Source of the DNA: Scyliorhinus canicula
Lineage: Eukaryota
DNA length: 64,000 bases
Reading direction: 5' to 3'
Assembly: GCF_902713615.1 (NCBI RefSeq)
Contig: NW_024055494.1
Coordinates: 295,519-359,518, forward strand
The notes under the pieces are model-generated. The model had not been told where the DNA came from, did no database searches, and was given only the letters and a program-made list of their open reading frames with translations. Positions 1-11,300 of this stretch are shown piece after piece (within the stretch, counting starts at the first letter, position 1; each line of letters begins with the position of its first letter). The position numbers and the translations under genes are program-made.

Positions 1-818
1 CTCCTAATTCCTAGCTTCCTATAATTTATTGAGATTAATCTTCATTGAGATAGCATTGACCATTCTGTCAGTAAGAAGTAACATCTGCATCAGAATTCAG
101 TGTGAAATGGAATTAAACCCCACCGGGGATAATGTGCAGCTACCCAGCAGCCTCTGCGCTGTATTGGTCAGTAATCACCTCATCGTCACACAGAATCGTC
201 AGACTGGAGGGTGAGATGATTTTTGAAGTGTCGGTAAAAATGAAAATACCTGTACCTAATGTGACGTTAATTAATCATTAAATCCCGATTTGTTATTACA
301 CTGTTTTGGAAAGTAATTCAACGTCTGCAGCTGTCCACAGAGTTTCACAGGATTTCTGTTTTTAGTCTGGTGTCTTCATTAATTTGGGTAGGGACATCTG
401 GAGTGACTTATTGTACATGAATTTATCACATGCCTACAATATTACAACCATCCCTGCTCAATGTAATCACGTTCCCGCTTTCTGTCTTTGAGATGAAGAT
501 TCACCATCAGCAGAGATGAATCTCCAGCACCGCAGGAATATCTCCAGTTTCCTCCTAGTGAAGTCCAGCTCGTCACTTCCCGATCGTCTGGGGATGGAAT
601 TCACCCAGAAAAGATTGAGCCACCGAATGTATTAGACTGGCATTAATTATGAAGGACCTGCTTTAATTTATCAAGCGCAAAATTGAGAATGTAGAACAAC
701 ATCTTTCACACCATCTATCCATGCATCCATCAACCACATTCACTGATCCCTCAATCAAAATATTCAGGCATCCAACCAACATCCATCCCTAATAAAAGCA
801 GTCATCCCTTTATCTTTT

Positions 819-1322
819 GGCAGATAGTGGTATAGTATTAATGTTATTGTACCAGTAATCCAAAGGCCCAGTCTAATCCTGTGGGGACTCGGGTACAAAT
901 CCCACCATGGCCGGTGGTGGAATATTAATTCAATTAATAAATCTGGAATACATACCATGAATACATACCACAACTTTACCAATGAAGGAAATCTGACATC
1001 CCTCCCTGGTCTCACCTACATGAGGTTCCAGTCAGACAGCAACATGTCTGACTCTGGTTTAGCACACTGGGTTAAATCGTTGGCTTTTAAAGCAGGCCAG
1101 CAGCACGGTTCAATTCCAGTACCAGCCTCCCCGAACAGGCGCCGGATTGTGGCGACTGGGGGCTTTTCACAGTAACTTCATTGAAGCCTACTTGTGACAA
1201 AAATCGATTTTCATTTCATTTCTTCAGATCCTTCTGAGCTGGCCCACTCAGTTCAACGTCAAATAGGGACAGGAACACATGGTGGTCTTGCCAGTGAGTT
1301 CCACATTCCATGGAAGAATAAA
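819..1322 (+). mobile_element. tRNA-derived SINE (SacSINE1/Deu-SINE-like), interrupted by a shorter SINE at ~1056-1222
   Basis: tRNA-like head, body motif GAAGGAAATCTG..CC and tail TAGGGA..GG..CA..CCACAT.CCAT. Related minus-strand copies at ~47160-47320 and ~49575-50090. Family name is from recall. Confidence 0.6.
1056..1222 (+). mobile_element. Short SINE with (TTTCA)n tail
   Basis: Core GTGGCGACT.GGGGCTTTTCACAGTAACTTCATTGAAGCCTACT recurs in reverse at ~44480-44580, ~52905-53030 and ~53960-54060. Confidence 0.7.
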
Positions 1323-3107
1323 GTGAAAAAAACATAAATATACATGTTTATCTATTACAAAAGGTATCCCCTGTCTCACAGTCTGATTGTATTTCTATCC
1401 ATCATCACAATGTTATGAGGTGTGGGAGAGATCCTCCAGCCGGCTAGTGTTGCTAAGAGAGTCAAGAAAAGCTGGATAACTCTCCTTTCCTTAGAGATGG
1501 GAACAGTTCAAATAAGTTCACAATCTAAAACATAAAATGATCTTAGTACTGTTGCTGGGTAGATTTGTTTATAAATAGTTCTCATTGACAATGTTAAGAG
1601 TTTGAAGTTGGCTTGCAGCCAAGCGGTCAATACCGAGGAAACAGATATTTGAAAAAAAAAATCCAGATGTTTCCTGTAAACAACATTGAACATTCGAGCC
1701 TCCCTGACTGCAGGCGGCTGGATTGCTGCCAAATACTGTGTGGGGCAGATTAGCCTGAATATGAATGGATTAAATGGGATTGATCCATTCAAACAATAAA
1801 TGTTTAGTCGCACATGAAGTAAACGTTTTAAATAGTGTTCCATGCAAAGAAATATATTCACTGAATGTTTTGTTCACAATGAGATTAAACACAATGGGCT
1901 AATAGTAAACGGACTAGCTGCTATTTAATTTATATTAGTTCTGTGTAAAGGTCACTCTAGTTATTAAATTCCGTTTGTTAAGAACCTAATGAAGTGAGAG
2001 TGAGTGGTGTTGGTGGACCCAATCCGCAAGTTCAATAAGATGACTTCAATTACAAAAAATAAAATAAAATAAATTAAAAATAAATAAACTGCATTTAATT
2101 CGCGGGGATTCCTAGAATATTCTCCGAATTCTTGATCTCCTTTAAATGGAGTCGTCTCTTATACCCGATTAATACCGTGTTATGTACAGTTTAATTTGTC
2201 TGGATTTCAATTGTTTAACAGTCCCTCTTATTGCTGCCAATGAGTGGAGAATTGACCAGTTCATGACCTGCTTTAGTGGAGAATAAAACATTTATTCCTG
2301 TGATCTTGTGTAACATGCAGCAAAGTCCTGATATCCTGTGTTCCCAACACCAGTGAATGTTAGACAGCCGGTGGTCAGTAAAATTAGCGGCAATGATTTG
2401 GATGCTAAAGGATAACTTTGCTGATCGCCGTGTCCGTTCTGATTCATTAACTTCTCTGTCAAAAGCTGGTGTGAATGTTATGTTTCGCTGTCAACTCACT
2501 GCTGAATTATCAGGCAAGCGGCTTCTTTTACCGCTAATGTTCACAGGGCTGTCTGAGGCTCAGGCTCAGGGACAGTTCCAGAAATCTGAAGAGAGACATT
2601 GTGTAATGTTAGAGTTTCTTCTTGTCTGCAGACCCACATTGTACAGTGATGGCCATCCGCACTGCAAATGTAATCACGTCATTCATTCCCTCATTTAGTT
2701 ACATTTAGTCTGATAAATTATACTTTATTGTTGCAATGGGATAGAGTCCCTGAGTGTTGCAAATCTGACTGACAGACGATTTGTTCCCTAATAATGTCAT
2801 TTAATGTTTATGTTCATCCCTTTATATTGAAGTATAGGAATAAAGAGAGTGAATATATAATGGAATTAGATTTTACATAGAGATGCTCAAATATAATTTT
2901 CCATTCAGATGAGGATAGACATTACAATTAATCCTTCCAGCCAAACAAATATACCGATACCGATCTAATGTCTTTTAAAAATAATATCCTCCAGTAAATC
3001 TATGGGTCCATTCTGTTGGGGGTGTGGAAGGTGGGACGTGGATCCAGCCGCCGCCTCCACCAGGGAATCAACAAGCGGCGCCTGGAAAGCCGCCCCCTTC
3101 TGCCGGG

Positions 3108-3116
3108 TATTTAAAT
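3108..3116 (+). promoter_or_regulatory. TATA-like box of VH promoter
   Basis: TATTTAAAT ~100 bp upstream of the leader ATG in a GC-rich patch. No ATGCAAAT octamer seen nearby, consistent with known shark VH promoters. Confidence 0.6.
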
Positions 3117-3206
3117 GCCGCTCACTGGGACCCAAATCCAACAGTCCGGGAGCTGGTTTGTTCACTGAGTTCCTGACACAACCATTTCCCCCAAATGGCC
3201 AGAAGG

Positions 3207-3252
3207 ATGAGGTGGGCCATTTCTCTCAGTTTGTTGCTGACTTTCTTATCCC
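3207..3252 (+). CDS. IGHV: VH leader exon (MRWAISLSLLLTFLS, phase 1)
   Basis: ATG at 3207, hydrophobic signal peptide, donor C|GTGAGT at 3253, in phase with the acceptor before 3381. Confidence 0.93.
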
Positions 3253-3380
3253 GTGAGTAGTTTTTATTGTCCAAGTCTCTCACTGTTACTGTCTCAGTGT
3301 TAGTCTCTCTCTGGAATATTCCAGAGTCACCAATAATTTCTCCAGCATTAATCCTCGGGCTTTTTGATATATTTTTACAG

Positions 3381-3688
3381 GTGTCCAGTCGGATGTTGTG
3401 TTGACTCAGCCAGAGGCAGAGACCGGGCGTCCCGGAGGCTCCCTGACACTGACCTGTAAAATCAGCGGGTTCACTTTGGGCAGCACCTGGATGGGTTGGA
3501 TCCGCGAAGTTCCTGGACACGGGCTGGAGTGGCTCGTTCGCTACTACAGTCCATCCAACACCATCTCCTACGCGCCAGGGATTCAGGGCCGATTTACTCC
3601 GTCCGAAGACACTTCAAACAACATCTTCTCTTTGGCCATGACGAACCTGAAGACCGAAGACACCGCCATCTATTACTGTGCAAGAGAC
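3381..3688 (+). CDS. IGHV: VH exon (RVQS|[22 protein letters not shown]...[12 protein letters not shown]...[11 protein letters not shown])
   Basis: Acceptor TTTTACAG, both conserved Cys, FR2 Trp, GLEW and YYCAR, followed directly by an RSS. Confidence 0.98.
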
Positions 3689-3727
3689 CACAGCGAGAGG
3701 AACCAGGGCTGGACCCGCACAAGAACA
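3689..3727 (+). other. VH 3' RSS, 23-bp spacer
   Basis: Heptamer CACAGCG 3689-3695, 23-bp spacer, nonamer ACAAGAACA 3719-3727. Confidence 0.92.
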
Positions 3728-4089
3728 GCTCGAGAGGGAATTCAGCAACTTGCACCTTAACCTGAAGGTTAGCACTTGATCCAAATCTAATATTAATGTC
3801 AGTGGTCAGAACCGGACCACGAGCCGCGTCTGACACAACTGAGACAGACAAATTTTCGCAGTAAAACCTAACAAACCTACCGATATCAATGTGACTGTGT
3901 TTATATGTAATGTCTCAGTTTCAGCAATTACTGACCTGAATATGATACTTGTTTTAATATGTCTATAATTTGGAGCAGAGCTTTGTACATTGTGTTTTGT
4001 AAACTGCTGTATAAATTGTAAATTAGATCAGAAGTAAACGTGTATTTGAAGTGAATATTGAGCGGCAGGACTGAACAGAGAGAGAGTGC

Positions 4090-4167
4090 AGTTTTTGTGC
4101 GGGTGTCTGTCACTGTGACTACAGTGGGTCACAGTGCTGTGCACAGCGACATCCTCATACAAAAACC
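4090..4167 (+). other. IGHD: D1 segment (ACTACAGTGGGT, 4118-4129) with 5' 12-RSS and 3' 22-RSS
   Basis: AGTTTTTGT-12-CACTGTG | 12 nt | CACAGTG-22-ACAAAAACC. Confidence 0.96.
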
Positions 4168-4479
4168 TCAGTGATAGAGTTTGTTCAAATTGGTGATCAG
4201 CGCCACAGCAGGATCGTCAATGTAAATGAGTTTTAAATAAAACAAAGTTTGGAAGTAATATTAGTTTGCAGAGAGGTATAAAAATCTTCCACTTTATCTC
4301 TGTTGACCGACTCGCTAAATCTGCACAGAGGGTTTAAAAGTGTTCCGATCCTCTTTATAAATGTAATGACCAGGACAAGCTGAAATAACTCACCCATTCG
4401 CTCTTGGAAGAGAGAGAGTTAGGTTTTTGAGAGCGCAGTGAAATTAAATCTCTGTATTTTACAGTTAACAGTCTGCCGC

Positions 4480-4545
4480 AGTATTTGACACGCTGTGTCT
4501 CACTGTGATAACTGGGGCACAGCAGTTACTGTCAATACAAAAAGC
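4480..4545 (+). other. IGHD: D2 segment (ATAACTGGGG, 4508-4517) with 12/12 RSSs
   Basis: AGTATTTGA-12-CACTGTG | 10 nt | CACAGCA-12-ACAAAAAGC. Confidence 0.94.
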
Positions 4546-4867
4546 CCCTCAGCACTAATTCACTGAGGCTGGCTCAGTGCTCGCTTTTACAATCCAACTT
4601 TATTCACAGTGAAGTATTATTTATGTCCATCACTGACTAAGTAATAATAATTAATGTGGAAAATTGGTGGTCGTTATTTAGTCACAGTTGGTGTTTTCAA
4701 TAACATTTCCATGTCTGTGAAATATAAAACATTCGGTCATTTATGAAGAGAGAATGGTATCCACAAATATTAATATAATTTCCTGAAAATTAATCGTGAA
4801 TTTTCTTTGCCGTTGGTTTGTGAATGTTTAAAATAATGGTGGATTTCTGTCTATTTTGTGCAGGTGC

Positions 4868-4906
4868 GGTTATTGAACGGAGCTGCCCAGGGAATATGAC
4901 ACTGTG
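4868..4906 (+). other. JH 5' RSS, 23-bp spacer
   Basis: GGTTATTGA 4868-4876, 23-bp spacer, CACTGTG 4900-4906. Confidence 0.92.
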
Positions 4907-4954
4907 ACTACTTCGGCTACTGGGGACAAGGCACCATGGTGACGGTGACTGCAG
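4907..4954 (+). CDS. IGHJ: JH segment (YFGYWGQGTMVTVTA)
   Basis: WGQG motif and phase-1 donor G|GTAAGA at 4955. Confidence 0.98.
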
Positions 4955-5059
4955 GTAAGAACCATTCCGTCATTTACCAACTGTTTTACTTGAGTATTTG
5001 TTTTATATTTTTCTGCATTTTCAAAATCCATTCGTTCACTGAAATGTGTTTTGGTGGAT

Positions 5060-6350
5060 CATGTATTGAGATGTTGTTGCAATGTTTCATTTGATTCTGC
5101 TGAAAGGGGGATATAGAATCCCGCGGTTTCTTGACAGAAAGATGCTGCTGAGGGATTCAGTCCCTGTTTGCTGTGATTTGATGTTTATTTGCTGAGGATA
5201 CTGTGTGGCTGGGTTACTTTAAATACAAGACGACTGTTTTTACGATGTTTAATCTCGGTTCTATCTAATGTCTGCAGTTTGTACCGTCTTCCGCACACAA
5301 GTGTTTGAGGTCGACCCCAACCACAAAATGTGCTAAAATTTCTGTATTATCTTATTGAACATGTTCTGCTTACTGAAAGTACTGATGATTTATTCAAGTT
5401 TTCTGTTTAGTTTACCTGTTCATTCATTTGATGACATGAGGGTTTGGTGCATTCTAAATTGAGATTTTCTTGCAATGTTACATTCGATTCTTTTGGAAGT
5501 GTTTGTAGAATTGAGCTGCTTCTCCATGATGTTTCATTCCTTCAGTGACGTGATTTGGTGTTTTTCTGCTGAGGAATGTTTTTGGGTGACTTTGTGTAGA
5601 AAAGTTTGTGAAACGGTTTGGCGTGTCAGTATTGTTTCAACTCGGTGACACTGAGCGGTTACACGTTTTGTGATTGAATGCAAAGAGTCTACGTGTTTGA
5701 AACTGCTTGTCGCATGATTGTAGGCAGAGAACAGGGAGGCTGTTAGTGCATCGTGAAAAAAGTGAAAATTGCAGATTAAACTAAGCCACGTTTTACGACA
5801 AATCCTTTCCGAACACAAGTTGGTGCTGCAATCAGTTTGCCGTTTGTGCAAAGTTTAATCTCGGTGGCATCTGATGGTTGCAGCTTTTACCATCAACTGT
5901 AAACATTAAAAGCATTTAAATATGTTTGAAAAAATGTAGTAAAGTTTCAATATTTATTTGTTGTTAATATTCCAGCTCCTCGCAATGCTATTGCTGTTAT
6001 TCCAGATTTCTGTTTAGTTTAATAATTCATACATTTGGTTATGAGCTGGTTTGCTGGACATTGATATTTTCTTGCAATGTTAAGTTTGATCCTGTTCGAT
6101 GGAGAGTTGAGTTGCTTCTCCATAAACGGGTTTCATTGATGTGATTTAGTGTTTTGTTCTGCTGAGGAGATTGTGTATCTGGGTGACTTTAAATGATTCA
6201 GATCTGTCAAACGGTTCAGCGTTTCTGCATTGTTTCTGCATTGTTTAAACTCGGTGACATTGAGCGGTTACACGTTTTCTGGTTGAATGCAAACAGTCTC
6301 GGCGTTTGAAAATGCTTGAAGGGCGATTGTCGGGAGAAAACAGCCAGGCT
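5060..6350 (+). repeat. Three diverged direct copies of an intronic block just 3' of JH
   Basis: Shared anchors TTGCAATGTT, TGCTGAGGA and GGGT(G/T)ACTTT start near 5065, 5460 and 6060. Copies 2 and 3 also share CTCGGTGACA.TGAGCGGTTACACGTTTT. Confidence 0.75.
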
Positions 6351-8336
6351 TAAGAAAATAATCTAAACAAGATATATTGATGCATTTTGTAATTTTAACT
6401 GATGCTTCCAGATTAAACGAAATAGTGACTGAAACGCCCATGCAGAACATAGTAACATTTTAATAATTCAAACAATTGCAATGCGGTGATTCAACTCTAT
6501 ATTAACCAAGGGTTATTTTAGATTAATATAATTCAGCATCAATCGCCTTTCACAATCCTGCTGTGTTCTGCACGAGGTTGACATGGTCGGACAGGTTTCT
6601 AGGTTGGAAATACTTTGTAGTTCCAGTTATTCTATTATTTCAGTGCCGCTGCAACCATATTGTACCTCCACTGTAATGCGTAGTTGGATAGCGAGGGAAT
6701 TATCACTAAACTAATCTTAAACAGGTTTCTGAGACGTGGAAGTCGCTGCCAATCAATGAATTGTTCCCATGATTTTATTTGTATTATAGGAAAGTTCAGA
6801 TTGCATATGGCAAGAGATTGAAAAGTAAAAGCTTGAATGTCAAACCGATTTATTTATTTACAAAAGGTTAACAGTACCTTTGCATTTTATAATGACATCC
6901 TGTCTCCCACGGCTGTCCTCTACAGACGATGGAATTATAGGAAGAACAGATGATTGGAAAGGAAGAATGATTATATCTCAGCTTTAGGCTTAAATTTTAT
7001 TAAATGCTAAATTCAACAACAAATTCTCCACTTGCTCATAATGGGTGAGTTTTGCAAATGATTTGAATAAACTCAGCTGTTCTCGTTATATTCATTACTT
7101 TCTGAGAATAGATGGAGGTTATGATTTATCAATGTGTTCAGAAAGGTGCAGATTTTACACATTTGTAGGTCGAATGGAGCAATTTGAGTTTTTAAAAATG
7201 TGAATTTAGTCAATTAAATGTTAAGATGATTCCATCGAGTAAGTTGGAGTTTACTGTTCAACATTGTTTGATTGTCAGGTTGTTTTAATTAAATCCCAAT
7301 TATTTCACAAAGCTCTGGGTAAAAACAAATTGGGGATTATTGAATGCTATTTTTATTATATTCATTATTATAGTACAGATAATCGAATAAAGAATTAGCT
7401 GACAATTAACAATAACTTACAATACAATATCAGTGAGAATTAATTCAACATAAATGATCTCCTACAATTGAGTTGTATCCTGGCAATATCTCAAATGTTT
7501 TAGAGAATTTTAATAATATCTGAAATTAATTTAGGAAACCATACATTTCATTATACTGCTGTTTGCAGCTAAATTCTTTTTCTGATCACATTCTTTTGCC
7601 CTGATTCTTTTTCTGATTACATTTAATTGTATTTTTAGATCATATCAGTGGGTAATGTGAATATTTCCTGGTTTGTTTAATTATTGCCCTGTCACTGAGT
7701 CTCTGTTCTGTCATTAATCTACCCTGAATCTGTAATATTTAATCTGCTCATTTTCAGCAAAACTACTTTTTGCCCAATTATCGAGTTTTGAGATAGACAG
7801 AGAGAAATTGTTAAAAACCAAACGCAGTTTTGAAATTAATGTCAGTTTAATTTCAAATAAGTCACTAAATTATTGTTGTCGGAAGTTGGCCATTGATAAA
7901 TTAAAATCAAACAGTTTCATGAAATTGACAGATTGAACAGATCTGCTGGAACTCGATTGTTGTCATTTGTGTCTGTTCAGTTTCTGTGCGCGCGGTCACT
8001 GTGCTGGGACCAGGAATCTTCCTGATTGGTTGTAAATCTTCTACTTCATTTTCCAATATTTCAGGGAGTGCAATTTGATCAAGCCCTTCAATAAAACTTG
8101 TGTATGTGTGAAATGTGGAAATTGTACTTGATGTTTGACTAGGCGACTCAGAAAGGGGATTCCAAACCCAGATAATGACAGTCAGAAAGAATTCAGCAGC
8201 ACCAGACAGGCTGCAGAAGGAGATTTGGGTGATTTTTAAGCAGTGATATATCGGTCTTGGGAATTTTCGATTCGGCAATGCAGAGAGCGATTTATTGGGT
8301 TACATTCCGTGCTATGGCAGTCCTTGATCTATTTAA

Positions 8337-11300
8337 TGGCTCACTCACACAGCCTCAGTCACACACCCTCACTCACACAGCCTCACTCACACAACCTCAC
8401 TCACACACCCTCACTCACACACCCTCACTCACACACACTCAGTCACACAGCATCACTCACAGACCCTCACTCACACAGCCTCACTCACCCGCCCTCACTC
8501 GCAGATACAGCCTCACTCACACAGCCTCACTCACACAGCCTCACTCACACAGCCTCACTCACACACCCTCACTCACACAGCCTCAGTCACACACCCTCAG
8601 TCACACAGCCTCACTCAGACACACTCACTTACTACCCTCACTCACACACCCTCACTCACACACCCTCACTCACACAGCCTCACTCACACAGCCTCACTCA
8701 CACAGCCTCAGTCACAGGCCCTCACTCACACAGCCTCACTCACACAGCCTCACTCACACAGCCTCACTCACACACCCTCCCTCACACAGCCTCACTCACA
8801 CAGCCTCACTCACACACCCTCACTCACACAGCCTCACTCACACAGCCTCACTCAATCAGCCTCACTCACACAGCCTCACTCACACACCCTCACTCACACA
8901 GCCTCACTCAATCAGCCTCACTCACATAGCCTCACTCACACACCCCCACTCACACAGCCTCACTCACACAGCCTCACTCACACAGCCTCACTCACACAGC
9001 CTCACTCACACACCCTCACTCACACAGCCTCACTCACACAGCCTCACTCACACAGCCTCACTCACACAGCCTCACTCACACAGCCTCACTCAATCAGCCT
9101 CACTCACACAGCCTCACTCACACACCCTCACTCACACAGCCTCACTCAATCAGCCTCACTCACATAGCCTCACTCACACACCCTCACTCACTCACCCTCA
9201 CTCACACAGCCTCACTCACACAGCCTCACTCACACAGCCTCACTCACACACCCTCACTCACACAGCCTCACTCACACACCCTCACTCACACAGCCTCACT
9301 CACACACCCTCACTCACACAGCCTCACTCACACAGCCTCACTCAATCAGCCTCACTCACACACCCTCACTCACACAGCCTCACTCAATCAGCCTCACTCA
9401 CACAGCCTCACTCACACAGCCTCACTCACACACCCTCACTCACACAGCCTCACTCACACAGCCTCACTCACACACCCTCACTCACACAGCCTCACTCACA
9501 CAGCCTCACTCAATCAGCCTCACTCACACAGCCTCACTCACACACCCTCACTCACACAGCCTCACTCAATCAGCCTCACTCACATAGCCTCACTCACACA
9601 CCCTCACTCACACACCCTCACTCACACAGCATCACTCACACAGCATCACTCACACAGCCTCACTCACACAGCCTCACTCACACAGCCTCACTCACACACC
9701 CTCACTCACACACCCTCACTCACACACCCTCACTCACACACCCTCACTCACACAGCCTCACTCACACAGTCTCACTCACTCACCCTCACTCACACACCCT
9801 CAGTCACACAGCATCACTCACAGACCCTCACTCACACAGCCTCACTCACACAGCCTCACTCACACAACCTCACTCACGCAGTCTCACTCACACACCCTCA
9901 CTCACACACCCTCACTCACACAGCCTCACTCACACAGTCTCACTCACACAGCCTCACTCACACACCCTCACTCACACAGCCTCACTCACACGGCCTCACT
10001 CACACACCCTCACTCACACAACCTCACTCACACACCCTCACTCACAGCCTCACTCACTATCCTCACTCACACAGCCTCACTCACTCTCCTCACTCACTAC
10101 CCTCACTCACTCACACCCTCACTCACACAGCCTCACTCACTCTCCTCACTCACACACCCTCACTCACACACCATCACTCACTCACACACACTCACTCACA
10201 CAGCCTCACTCACACACACTCACTCACACACCCTCACTCACACACCCTCACTCACACACCCTCACTCACACAGCCTCACTCACACAGCCTCACTCACACA
10301 GCCTCACTCACACAGCCTCACTCACAGACACAACCTCACTCACACACCCTCACTCACTCACTCCCCTCACTCTCACAACCTCACTCACTCAAACAGCCTC
10401 ACTCACTATAACACCCTCACTCACCATCACTCTCTCACACTCATTGACTCACACTTGCTAGCCCAACATAAATTGCTCACTCTCATTCACCCGCACTCAT
10501 TCACACACCCTCAGTCCAGCTTAGTCACACACTGGTTCACTCACCCACCCTCACTCACTCAGCATCACACACCCACCCTCACGCATCCTCACTAATCCTC
10601 AGTCATGGAACCTCACTCAGTCACCCTTACTCATTCACCCTCAGTCACACACCTTCACACAACCATCATCACTCACCCTCATTCATCCTCCCTCACTCAC
10701 TCTTCCTCGCTCACCCACCCTCATTCATTCACCTACCGACCCTCATTCACCTTCATTCAGTAACCCTCCCACGAACCCACCCTCACTCAGCTTAACACAC
10801 CCACCCTCATTCATCCTCATTCAGACTCTCAGCTCAATCAATCACCCATCCTCACTCACTCACCCTCACTCACTCACTCACCCACCCTCACTTACTCACG
10901 CTCAGTCACACACCTTCACACACTCACCCAGTCACTTACCCTCACCCACCCACCCTCACTTACTCACGCTCAGTCACACACCTTCACACACTCACCCTCA
11001 TTCACTTACCTTCACCCACCCATGCTCACTTGCCCGCAGTCAAACTGCCCTCACTTACTCACCCTCATTCACCCACACACCCTCACTTACTCACCCTCAG
11101 TCAGACAGCCTCACACACTCACCCTCATTCACTTACCTTCACCCACCCACCCTCACTTACTCACGCTCAGTCACACACCTTCACACACTCACCCTCATTC
11201 ACTTACCCTCACCCACCCACCCTCACTTACTCACGCTCAGTCACACACCTTCACACACTCACCCAGTCACTTACCCTCACCCACCCACCCTCACTTACTC

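Noticed and set aside
3721-3760. VH ORF continuing past YYCARD to a stop at 3760
   Set aside because: This is read-through into the RSS and V-D interval, not coding sequence.
4120-4126. TACAGTG inside D1 as an internal heptamer
   Set aside because: It lacks the essential first C of CAC and has no nonamer at a 12 or 23 spacing.
3207-4954. Germline-joined VDJ or IgM1gj-type gene
   Set aside because: V, D1, D2 and J are separate with intact RSSs, and all four Cmu exons are present.
6700-7900. AT-rich stretch as a matrix attachment region
   Set aside because: AT-richness alone is non-specific in this genome and cannot be supported from sequence.
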